Shown one piece after another: positions 16,635-24,000 of a stretch of DNA of 24,000 nucleotides; the stretch's first letter is position 1; each line of letters begins with the position of its first letter. The position numbers were made by a program, and so were the translations under genes. Source of the DNA: Alphaproteobacteria bacterium. Lineage in GTDB: Bacteria > Pseudomonadota > Alphaproteobacteria > ATCC43930 > CGMCC-115725. The notes under the pieces are model-generated. The model saw nothing but the letters and a program-made list of their open reading frames with translations. It was not told the origin of the DNA and did no database searches. The DNA is taken from NCBI GenBank assembly GCA_021325525.1, contig JAJPHB010000057.1:8878-32877 (forward strand), read 5' to 3'.

Positions 16635-17565
16635 GGCGCGAGGCGACATCGTCGCGACGGGCGCGGCGAGCGGCATCCTCGCCCGGCGCCCGTCGGCGCG
16701 CGCCCGGCTCCTCCGCCATTTCCTCGCCCGGCCGCTCGCCGTCGCGGCGGCCGCGTTCCTCGTCATCCTCATCATCGGCGCCGCCGGCGCGCCGCTCATC
16801 GCGCCGCAGAACCCCTATAATCTCCAGGCGCTGAACCTTGCCGATTCGCTGCTGCCGCCGGCCTGGATGGCGGGCGGCAAGATGCCCTACCTGCTCGGGA
16901 CCGACGTGCAGGGCCGCGACATTTTCAGCACCATCCTCTTCGGCAGCCAGACCTCGCTCATCGTCGGCACCGGCGTCGTCCTCATCGCCGGCAGCCTCGG
17001 CGGCTTCATCGGCCTCGTCGCCGGCTATTTCGGCGGCTGGATCGACACCGTGACAATGCGGATCGCCGATTCGCTGCTCTCCTTCTCGACGACGCTCATC
17101 GCGCTGCTGCTCCTCGGCATCATCAAGAACGGCAGCGTCGGCCTCGTCATCCTCGCGATCGTCGTCTCCGGCTGGGTGCAGTATGCGCGCACCATGCGCG
17201 GCAGCGTCCTCGCGGTGAAGGAAGAGGACTACGTCCTCGCCGCGCGGGCGATCGGCGGCGGCGCGCTGCGGCTCATCCTGAAGCACGTCCTCCCCAATGC
17301 CGTGGCGCCGCTCCTCGTCATCGCCGCCGTCGATTTTGGCGTCGCCGTCATGCTCGAAGCGACGCTGAGCTTCCTCGGCTTCGGCGTCCCGGTGACCCAG
17401 CCCTCGCTCGGCATGATGATCTCGCAGGGCAAGGATTTCATCTATGCCGGCATGTGGTGGCTCATCGCCTTCCCGGCGGGCGTGCTGATGGGCATCGTCT
17501 TCAGCCTCAACATCCTCGCCGACTGGCTGCGCGACGAGATCAATCCGCGCCTGCAGCGCCGCTGA
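16627..17565 (+). CDS. ABC transporter permease (DppC/OppC-like), second module
   Basis: ATG at 16627 overlaps the upstream stop by 8 nt (ATGGCTGA). It has the YLLGTDVQGRDIFSTILFGSQTSL block, the EAA loop DYVLAARAIGGGALRLILKHVLPNAVAP and the C-terminus ADWLRDEINPRLQRR. Confidence 0.9.
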   Translation: MAEARGDIVATGAASGILARRPSARARLLRHFLARPLAVAAAAFLVILIIGAAGAPLIAPQNPYNLQALNLADSLLPPAWMAGGKMPYLLGTDVQGRDIFSTILFGSQTSLIVGTGVVLIAGSLGGFIGLVAGYFGGWIDTVTMRIADSLLSFSTTLIALLLLGIIKNGSVGLVILAIVVSGWVQYARTMRGSVLAVKEEDYVLAARAIGGGALRLILKHVLPNAVAPLLVIAAVDFGVAVMLEATLSFLGFGVPVTQPSLGMMISQGKDFIYAGMWWLIAFPAGVLMGIVFSLNILADWLRDEINPRLQRR

Positions 17566-18178
17566 GGCGGTGGCGGGATGGGGGAGCGGCGTCGCTCCGC
17601 GCCGGTCCCGCCGTGGCGATGGCGGCGGCGATGCGGTCGGCAAGCTCGTCGAGCGCAAGGCTCATCGCCGCCGCCTCTTCGGCCGCATCCCGCGCCGGCC
17701 GGTCGATGACGATGCGCTCATGGCGCCGCAAGGCGGGTTCCCGTGCCGTGCCGGCGAGCAGGGCCCAGTTCCCGTCGAGGACGACGTGGCCTGCCGCGTC
17801 GGCCGCGAACTCGTCGAGATTGACGACGAGATGCCGGACGGGCGCGCCGCTTCGGGCTTCCGCCGGAATGAGCGCATTCTCCGGCAGGCGCGCGGCCAGA
17901 TCCTGCGCCAGGACCCGCCGGGCCATCTCGTCGAGCGGCGCCGCCCAGCGGTCGCGGTCGCTGATCTCGACCCGGTTGCCCTCGCCCGCGCGGACGATTT
18001 CGAGGCGGTCGAGCAGCTCGGGCAGATGCAGCGCATCGAGGGCGATCGGCGGGCGGATGGTGGCGTCGATCCGCCGCGCCGTCGGCACCGGCTCCAGCTC
18101 GAAGAAGCGCGTCGGCGGGCTCGATCCGCAGGCGCCGAGGGCGAGCGCCAGCAGGAAGAGGAGGGCGCGCCGCTTCAT
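17540..18178 (-). CDS. pqiC: PqiC/YmbA-type outer-membrane-anchored auxiliary lipoprotein (DUF330)
   Basis: ATG at 18178 overlaps the pqiB stop (ATGA). The lipobox is MKRRALLFLLALALGAC. Its roughly 200-aa size, position after pqiB and the FFELEP...LPELLDR... pattern are typical of ABC-type transport auxiliary lipoproteins. The low-complexity C-terminal tail overlaps the convergent permease gene by 26 nt. Confidence 0.8.
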   Translation of the reverse strand: MKRRALLFLLALALGACGSSPPTRFFELEPVPTARRIDATIRPPIALDALHLPELLDRLEIVRAGEGNRVEISDRDRWAAPLDEMARRVLAQDLAARLPENALIPAEARSGAPVRHLVVNLDEFAADAAGHVVLDGNWALLAGTAREPALRRHERIVIDRPARDAAEEAAAMSLALDELADRIAAAIATAGPARSDAAPPSRHRLSGAAGAD

Positions 18179-19854
18179 TGCGATGAATCGGGCTTGCCCT
18201 GCAGCAGCGCCTCCGGATGGCGGTCGAGGTAGTTGGCCAGCGAGCGCACCGAGCGCGCCGCCGTGGCGAGCTCGTGCAGCGCCGCCGGAAGATCGCGGTT
18301 CTGCTCGGCGAAGCCGCCACCCATGAGATTGTTCGCCGCCGCCGCCGCCGATTGCGCGGCATCGGCGGTGCGGCGGAGGCTGGCGATCAGCGGGCCAATC
18401 TTGCCGTTCGCCTCGTGCGTCACATGGTCGAGGCTGGCGAGGGTGCGGTCGAGGTGCTGGAGGCTCGCTGTCACCGCCGGCGACGCGGCGAGGCGGTCGA
18501 GACGGCCCACGATGTCGTGCAGCCCTTGCGCGATCTCGGGCAGCGGCAGGCCGGCGATGCGCCGCGCGATCTCGCCGGCCGAGGCGGTGAGCGCGCCGAT
18601 ATCGCCTGAGGGAACCGCCGGGATCTCGGGATAGCGGCCGCCCGTCGCGAGAGCCGCCGGCGGCGCATCGGGCACGAAGGCGAGAGTGACGATACGGCCG
18701 CCGATGAGCGGCGGGTCGCGATCGAGCCGGGCGCGCAGCCCATTGGCGATCATCTCGGAGAGAGCGCGGTCGAGGACGGGCCGCCAACTCCCGTCGGAAG
18801 GCGGCGCCGTGCCGGCGAGGCCGAGGCGATCGGGCTCGATCTCGATGACCGCCGGTGTTTCGAGCGCGCCGCTCTTGCTGTCGAAGACGAGGCTCACGGC
18901 GCTCACCTCGCCGATGCGGAAGCCGCGCAGCTTGACGGGAGCACCGAGGGCGAGGTCGCCGACGGCGCCCCCGAAGGCGACGAGATAGGGCAGACGCGGC
19001 CCCGAAGGCGCATCCTCGGCGGCGCGCTTGTCGGGATAGAGCGGGAAGCGCTCGCCGGCGCGGCCGAGCGGCGTTGCCGCCGCGGCCTCCGGCGTCGCGA
19101 AGGCGATGGCGCCCGAGAGCAGCGCTCCCAGCGAGGGCAGCTTCGCCTCGAAGCCCTGGCCGGTCACCTGCAGCGCGACACCGCCCGCATTCCAGAACCG
19201 CGTGCCCGCATGGACGAGCTTGTCATAGGGCGCCGCGATGAAGGCGTCGAGCTCGAACCCCTTGCCGTCCTTCAGCAATCGCCGCGCCTCGACAGTGCCG
19301 ACGCGCAGGCCGAGATAGGAGATGGGGCTCCCGGCCTCGGCCGTGGCGGAGCCCTCGGCCTCGAGAGTGAAGCGCGTCCCGGCCGCGGAATTCGGCACCG
19401 CCGGCGGATGCATGAGCCCGGCGAAATGCCGCGTCGGCGGCCCGCTTCCGGGATCCATCTCGATATAGGGGCCGGCGATGATCGTCTTGAGCGCGGCGAA
19501 ATCGGCCGGGCTGAAGCTGGCGCCGACGATCCAGAAGCGCGTCCCGCGGTTGAGATGCTTCTCGACGCTGCTGTCCATCCGCAAGGTGGCGGTGACATGG
19601 CCGAGATCGGGACTGAGCTCGACATCCTCGACCTTGCCGACGGCGATGCCTTTGTAGCGCACCTCGGTGATGCCGGCGCGGATTCCGGCCGAGCTCTCGA
19701 AGCTGACATCGATCTCGGGCCCGCGGGCGATGAAGGAGCGGACGCCGAGCCAGACGACGATGCCGAGGGCCGCCAGCGGCACGGCCCAGATCCAGCCCGG
19801 CCAGCGGCTGCGCCGCGGCAGCGCCGCGCTCCGCCGCTCGCTGGTGTCGCTCAT
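18175..19854 (-). CDS. pqiB: PqiB (paraquat-inducible protein B), multi-MCE-domain envelope-spanning protein
   Basis: ATG at 19854 gives 559 aa. It has an N-terminal TM anchor WIWAVPLAALGIVVWLGV and repeated MCE-like modules (VRYKGIAVGKVEDVEL, ISYLGLRVGTVEAR, VKLRGFRIGEVSAVSL). A helical C-terminal region is consistent with the PqiB needle. The track ORF extending to 21033 is a spurious read-through in the pqiA shadow frame. Confidence 0.9.
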   Translation of the reverse strand: MSDTSERRSAALPRRSRWPGWIWAVPLAALGIVVWLGVRSFIARGPEIDVSFESSAGIRAGITEVRYKGIAVGKVEDVELSPDLGHVTATLRMDSSVEKHLNRGTRFWIVGASFSPADFAALKTIIAGPYIEMDPGSGPPTRHFAGLMHPPAVPNSAAGTRFTLEAEGSATAEAGSPISYLGLRVGTVEARRLLKDGKGFELDAFIAAPYDKLVHAGTRFWNAGGVALQVTGQGFEAKLPSLGALLSGAIAFATPEAAAATPLGRAGERFPLYPDKRAAEDAPSGPRLPYLVAFGGAVGDLALGAPVKLRGFRIGEVSAVSLVFDSKSGALETPAVIEIEPDRLGLAGTAPPSDGSWRPVLDRALSEMIANGLRARLDRDPPLIGGRIVTLAFVPDAPPAALATGGRYPEIPAVPSGDIGALTASAGEIARRIAGLPLPEIAQGLHDIVGRLDRLAASPAVTASLQHLDRTLASLDHVTHEANGKIGPLIASLRRTADAAQSAAAAANNLMGGGFAEQNRDLPAALHELATAARSVRSLANYLDRHPEALLQGKPDSSQ

Positions 19855-21053
19855 CCCTTGGCCTCCGCCGCGGCATCCCACATGAGGCGCGGCTCGAAGG
19901 CGCGCGAGGCGAACATGGTGAGCACGACGACGGCGAGGAAGGCGACGGCTCCCGCTCCTGCCTGCACCGTTGCGAGTTGGCCGAACTGCATCAGCGGCGC
20001 GAAGATCGAGATGGTGAACACGTCGATCATCGACCAGCGCCCGATCGCATCGATGAATCGATGCAGCTTGGTGCGGATGACAAGCGAGCCGGGGGCGGCG
20101 TGGCGGACCGAGAAGAGGAGCCAGGTCAGCCCGACGAGCTTGAGGAGCGGAATCGAGATGCTGGTGGTGAAAACGACAATGGCCAGCGGCCAGAGCCGCG
20201 CGTCGATCAGCTCGTCGATGCCATCGAGAATGGTGTGGCTCTGCGGATCCCCGAGGCGCAGGAGAATCGTCATCGGATAGAGATTCGCGGGGACATAGAG
20301 AATGTAGCCGGCAATGGCGAGAGCCGCGGTCCGCGTCAGCGCGTCGGGCTTGCGCGCGGCAAGGCGGGTGCGGCAGCGCGGGCAGCGCGCGCGTTCCTGC
20401 GCGAGCGGCAAGGCGAGCCCGCAAACGGTGCAGGAGAGAAAGGCGCCGGTCGCCGGCAGGACGGGGGCGGCGCCGATGGCGCGCCAGACCCGCTGCCGGT
20501 CGAGAACGGCGCCCGCCACCATCGACAGCAGCGCCGCGATGATGAAGCACCAGCCGCCGGCGCCGATCTCGGTCGGCAGGAAGGCGATGACCCGCGTGTA
20601 GCCGATGGCGAAGCCGATGAGCAAGACGTCGGGCATCGCCCAGAGCTCGAGCGCGACCGCCCAGGCGAAGGCGGGGCCGAGCCAGGCCGGCCGCTGTCCG
20701 AGGCGGATGGCGCCGAGCGTCGCCGTCAGCAATGCAAAGCGCAGGAGCGGCAGGACGATCCCGCAGGCGGCGATGCCGATGGCGAGCAGGACCCAGCCCT
20801 GCCGCCACAGCGTCGCGGTGCCGGAGAAGAGCACGCTGTCGCGAGGGGCCCCGGCCATGCTGACGCTGAGCAGCGGCAGGAAATTGGCGGCGGCGAGGAG
20901 GATGAAAGTGCTCGCCGCGAAGGCGAGCGCCGCATCGAGGCTGCGGCCGGCCGTCCGTTCGAGGACGTTGCCGCAGCTTCGGCAGAGGATCAGCCCGTGC
21001 GGCGATTGCGGCAGCTCCTCGGCAGTGCCGCAATCGGGACAGGCGACGGTCAT
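19851..21053 (-). CDS. pqiA: PqiA (paraquat-inducible protein A), duplicated PqiA domain inner-membrane protein
   Basis: 400 aa. There are two zinc-ribbon-like CxxC pairs (CPDCG...CRSCG and CTVCG...CPRCR), each followed by a polytopic hydrophobic half. It overlaps pqiB by 4 nt. Confidence 0.9.
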   Translation of the reverse strand: MTVACPDCGTAEELPQSPHGLILCRSCGNVLERTAGRSLDAALAFAASTFILLAAANFLPLLSVSMAGAPRDSVLFSGTATLWRQGWVLLAIGIAACGIVLPLLRFALLTATLGAIRLGQRPAWLGPAFAWAVALELWAMPDVLLIGFAIGYTRVIAFLPTEIGAGGWCFIIAALLSMVAGAVLDRQRVWRAIGAAPVLPATGAFLSCTVCGLALPLAQERARCPRCRTRLAARKPDALTRTAALAIAGYILYVPANLYPMTILLRLGDPQSHTILDGIDELIDARLWPLAIVVFTTSISIPLLKLVGLTWLLFSVRHAAPGSLVIRTKLHRFIDAIGRWSMIDVFTISIFAPLMQFGQLATVQAGAGAVAFLAVVVLTMFASRAFEPRLMWDAAAEAKG

Positions 21054-21327
21054 TCGCTAGCGTCCGGCATCGGCTGCCCGGCTCCAGCGGTCGCCGGCAG
21101 TCTCGGAAGGAGGGGCGGAGGGGCCATGATCACCGGCGGGGTTCGGGTCCATCTCGATCAACACGCGTCTCGACCGCGGGTTTCCCGGATGCCTGCCGAA
21201 GAGCCGGTCTCCGCCGAGCTGGGCCCGGCGCCTCCTGCCGTTTAGACCGCTAATCGGCGGCAACGCCTCGCAAATCGCGCGCCAATTGAGAATGTCTTAA
21301 CCCTTTTCGGCCTATAGCTTGCGGGTC

Positions 21328-22041
21328 ATGGCGAAACCGATCGTGCACGCGCACACGGCGCGCACGCCCCTGCCGCAGGAGGCGATCCGCTCGGCGAAAG
21401 CGGCGGCGGCCGGCACGAAGACGGACTTCCGTTCGCTGCTGGCGAGCAGCCTCAGCGAAAGCCGGCACAATCCGCACGCCCGCAACACGCGTTCGAGCGC
21501 GGCCGGCGCCTACCAATTCACCGAGCGCACCTGGCTCGACCTCATGCGCCGACATGGCGCGGCCCTCGGCGAGGGCGAGGCGGCGGCGCGGATCACGGTC
21601 GAGAACGGCAAGCCCGTGGTCGCCGACCCCGCGGCGCGCCAGGCGATTCTGGACCTGCGCTCCGATACGAGGCTGGCGGCGAAGATGGCGGCGCTCTATT
21701 CCGACGAGAACCGGGCGGCGCTCGGGCGCAGCCTCGGCCACCGGCCGAGCGAGAATGAAGTGCGGATGGCCTATCTCCTCGGCGCGCATGGCGCAACGAA
21801 GCTCATCAAGGCCGCCGCCGAGACCCCGGACATGCCGGCGGACCGCCTCGTCCCTTCGGCGGTGCGCAGCAATCCCGGCCTCTTCCGCAGCGCCGACGGC
21901 ACGGTCAAGACGGCGAGCGAAGCCGTCGCCTCGCTCTCGCGCCATTTCGACCGGGCGCTCCATCAGGTGAAGAGCGCGATCGGCACGCAGGTGTCCGACG
22001 CGGCGCCGCTCGGCATTCCGAGCGAGGAAGAGGTTTCGTAG
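21328..22041 (+). CDS. SLT-domain lytic transglycosylase-like protein, no detectable signal peptide
   Basis: ATG is at 21328 (a TTG at 21319 is also possible). An in-frame TAA at 21298 prevents any longer N-terminus. The SLT signature is present: ES (catalytic Glu-Ser) in LSESRHNPHARNTRSSAAGAYQFTERTW, matching E-S-x(n)-S-x-A-x-G-x-x-Q-F, and the later AYLLGAHGA matches the AYNxG-like block. Confidence 0.65.
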   Translation: MAKPIVHAHTARTPLPQEAIRSAKAAAAGTKTDFRSLLASSLSESRHNPHARNTRSSAAGAYQFTERTWLDLMRRHGAALGEGEAAARITVENGKPVVADPAARQAILDLRSDTRLAAKMAALYSDENRAALGRSLGHRPSENEVRMAYLLGAHGATKLIKAAAETPDMPADRLVPSAVRSNPGLFRSADGTVKTASEAVASLSRHFDRALHQVKSAIGTQVSDAAPLGIPSEEEVS

Positions 22042-22129
22042 CCGCGGCTGTTCGCCCCGCGAGACTGGACGGCGCGCCGGCAAGTTGCGAGAGTGCGCGC
22101 GATCGTTTCCATCGCGGATCTCGCAGGAC

Positions 22130-23671
22130 ATGAACGGCGCGGAAAGTCTCGTCAAAACCCTCGTCGCCGGCGGCGTCGAGCTGTGCTTCACCAATCCCGG
22201 GACCTCGGAGATGCATTTCGTGGCGGCGCTCGACAGCGTGCCCGGCATCCGCTGCGTCCTCTGCCTCTTCGAGGGCGGCGCCACCGGTGCCGCCGACGGC
22301 TACGCGCGGATGGCGGAGAAGCCGGCGGCGACCCTGCTCCATCCCGGCCCCGGCCTCGGCAACGGCATTGCCAATTTGCACAATGCGCGCCGCGCCCGCT
22401 CGCCCATCGTCAACATCGTCGGCGAGCATGCGACGCATCACATCAAATACGACGCGCCGCTGACCTCGGATATCGAGGGGTTGGCGCGCACGGTCTCCGC
22501 CTGGGTGCGGACGAGTCCGAACGCCGCCGTGGTCGGCGCCGACGCCGCCGAGGCGATCGCCGCGGCGCGGCGGGCGCCGGGCGCCATCGCGACGCTCATC
22601 CTGCCGGCCGACACCGCCTGGACCGAGGGCGGCGCGGTCGCCGCCGTGCCGGCCGTGCCGGCGCGCCCCGCCGTCTCCGAAGCGGCGGTCGCCGAGGCGG
22701 CGCGGCTGCTGCGCGCCGGCGAGGCGATGCTGCTGCTCGGCGATGTGGCCCTCCGTGAGCACGCGCTCGAAGACGCCGGCGCCATCGCCGCCAGGACCGG
22801 CGCGCGCATCATGGCGCAGGGCTCGAATGCCCGCCTCCAACGCGGCGCCGGGCGGGTCGATGTCGACCGCGTGCCCTATCCGGTCGACCAGGCCCTCGCC
22901 GTCCTGAAGGACGTGCGCCGCCTCATTCTCGTCGGCGCCAAGGCGCCCGTCGCCTTCTTCGGCTATCCCGGCAAGCCCAGCAGCCTCACGCCCGAAGGCT
23001 GCGAGATCTTCACTCTCGCCGCGCCGGGCGACGATCTCGCGGGCGCGCTCGAAGCGCTGGCGGCGGCGGTGGGCGCGCGCCGGGCCGAGACGCGGCGGGA
23101 GCCGCTGTCGCGGCCGCCGCTGCCGAGCGGCGCCGTCACCCGCGAAGCCTTGGGCGCCGCGCTCGGCGCGCTCCTGCCCGAGGGCGCCATCATCTGCGAT
23201 GAATCGGTGACGACCGGGCGCGCCTTCTTCCCGGCGACGCGCGGCGCGCCGCCGCATGATTGGCTGCAGGTGACGGGCGGCGCCATCGGCGGCGGCATGC
23301 CGCTCGCGACCGGCGCCGCTGTTGCCTGCCCCGATCGCAAGGTCATCAACCTCGAAGCCGATGGCAGCGGCATGTACACGCTGCAGGCGCTGTGGACGCA
23401 GGCGCGCGAGCAGCTCGACATCCTCACCATCGTCTGGGCGAACCGCAGCTACGCCATTCTCTGCCTCGAACTCGCCAATGTCGGCGTCCGCAATCCCGGC
23501 CGCAAGGCGCTCGACATGCTGAGCCTCGACAACCCGGCGCTCGACTGGGTGAGCCTCGCCAAGGGCATGGGCGTCGAGGGCGTCCGCGTCGAGACGATGG
23601 AAGATTTCGCCAAGGCCTTCCGCGGCGGCCTCGCGCGCCGCGGACCGTTCCTCATCGAAGTCGTGATCTGA
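22130..23671 (+). CDS. Thiamine-pyrophosphate-dependent enzyme, acetolactate synthase large-subunit-like
   Basis: ATG at 22130 gives MNGAESLVKTLVAGGVELCFTNPGTSEMHF, a TPP_enzyme_N pattern with the catalytic Glu in GTSE. A central domain and a C-terminal TPP-binding motif EADGSGMYTLQALWT...WANRSY (GDG...N-type variant) follow. Substrate specificity cannot be inferred. Confidence 0.85.
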   Translation: MNGAESLVKTLVAGGVELCFTNPGTSEMHFVAALDSVPGIRCVLCLFEGGATGAADGYARMAEKPAATLLHPGPGLGNGIANLHNARRARSPIVNIVGEHATHHIKYDAPLTSDIEGLARTVSAWVRTSPNAAVVGADAAEAIAAARRAPGAIATLILPADTAWTEGGAVAAVPAVPARPAVSEAAVAEAARLLRAGEAMLLLGDVALREHALEDAGAIAARTGARIMAQGSNARLQRGAGRVDVDRVPYPVDQALAVLKDVRRLILVGAKAPVAFFGYPGKPSSLTPEGCEIFTLAAPGDDLAGALEALAAAVGARRAETRREPLSRPPLPSGAVTREALGAALGALLPEGAIICDESVTTGRAFFPATRGAPPHDWLQVTGGAIGGGMPLATGAAVACPDRKVINLEADGSGMYTLQALWTQAREQLDILTIVWANRSYAILCLELANVGVRNPGRKALDMLSLDNPALDWVSLAKGMGVEGVRVETMEDFAKAFRGGLARRGPFLIEVVI

Positions 23672-23691
23672 GGCGAGACGGCGCGCCGCCG

Positions 23692-23934
23692 CTATTCGAC
23701 GCGGCTCAGCTGATAGCCGGCAGGGCAGGAGGCGGAGCCGTCGGTGCGCCATTCGATGGGCGCCGGCGCCGGCGCCGCCGTGAAGGCGAAGCCGCTGCGC
23801 GCGGCGCGGCATTCGCAGCGCGCCACCTCGCAAGCGAGCGACAGCTGCTTTTGATCCTCCTTCGCAGGCAGCAGCGCGCTGCAAGCCGAGAGAGCGAGGA
23901 TCACGGCCAAGAGCGGAACGCGCATCATCATCAT
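23692..23934 (-). CDS. Small hypothetical Cys-rich lipoprotein
   Basis: The N-terminus M(M)MMRVPLLAVILALSAC carries a lipobox L-S-A-C. Four further Cys lie in the mature part (CEVARCEC...SCPAGY). The start is ambiguous: four consecutive ATG codons at 23925-23934 and a GTG at 23940. Confidence 0.5.
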   Translation of the reverse strand: MMMMRVPLLAVILALSACSALLPAKEDQKQLSLACEVARCECRAARSGFAFTAAPAPAPIEWRTDGSASCPAGYQLSRVE

Positions 23935-24000
23935 CGTCACGGCGCCCGCGATCTTATGCCGGGCGCGGCGCCGGGCAAGTATCTTTGCCGCCGCAGAAAC

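Noticed and set aside
9754-17658. Antisense ORFs across the ABC operon (9754-11031, 10760-11617, 11596-12495, 12646-13749, 13656-15182, 15618-16799, 16576-17658) and the out-of-frame plus ORFs 10957-12720 (N-terminal part) and 15650-16834.
   Set aside because: The reasoning is the same as for the other shadow ORFs. The sense-frame products all carry canonical ABC motifs (Walker A/B, signature, EAA loops, family 5 SBP blocks), while these alternatives are compositionally degenerate.
19977-23884. 422-aa plus-strand ORF antisense to pqiA, and 659-aa and 344-aa minus-strand ORFs antisense to the TPP enzyme and SLT genes.
   Set aside because: They are degenerate Arg/Gly/Asp/Ala-rich translations opposite genes with clear family signatures, so I treat them as GC artefacts.

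Overview
The window is very GC-rich DNA. Gene content and one repeat family suggest an alphaproteobacterium, probably Hyphomicrobiales/Rhizobiales; that assignment is inference only. It is densely coding, and I support 22 CDSs. In order they are:
- a 5'-truncated class I cytochrome c;
- pckA (ATP-dependent PEP carboxykinase);
- a PNPOx-like/DUF2470 heme-related protein;
- a small lipoprotein;
- an M81 (MlrC-like) metallopeptidase;
- a minus-strand trio: doc toxin, AbrB-type antitoxin and an exported orphan protein;
- a SAF-domain NAD-binding dehydrogenase-like protein;
- an eight-gene peptide-type ABC operon ordered SBP-permease-permease-ATPase-ATPase-SBP-permease-permease;
- a convergent pqiABC (MCE) envelope operon;
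- a signal-less SLT-domain lytic transglycosylase;
- a TPP-dependent acetolactate-synthase-like enzyme;
- a second small lipoprotein.

I see no rRNA, tRNA, CRISPR array, transposase or integrase. The only clear non-coding element is a 115-bp nested palindrome (REP/MITE-like) between the second binding-protein gene and its permeases.

Nothing here is a clearly novel multi-gene system. The candidates most worth follow-up are:
- the ABC operon with two translocon modules sharing one ATPase pair;
- the uncharacterised M81-peptidase / SAF-dehydrogenase / Tat-SBP locus;
- the toxin-antitoxin plus orphan islet that splits that locus;
- the SLT enzyme that lacks any export signal.

Most long alternative-frame ORFs in the track are GC-driven shadow ORFs. 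All product calls rest on motif recognition by eye; no database search was possible.
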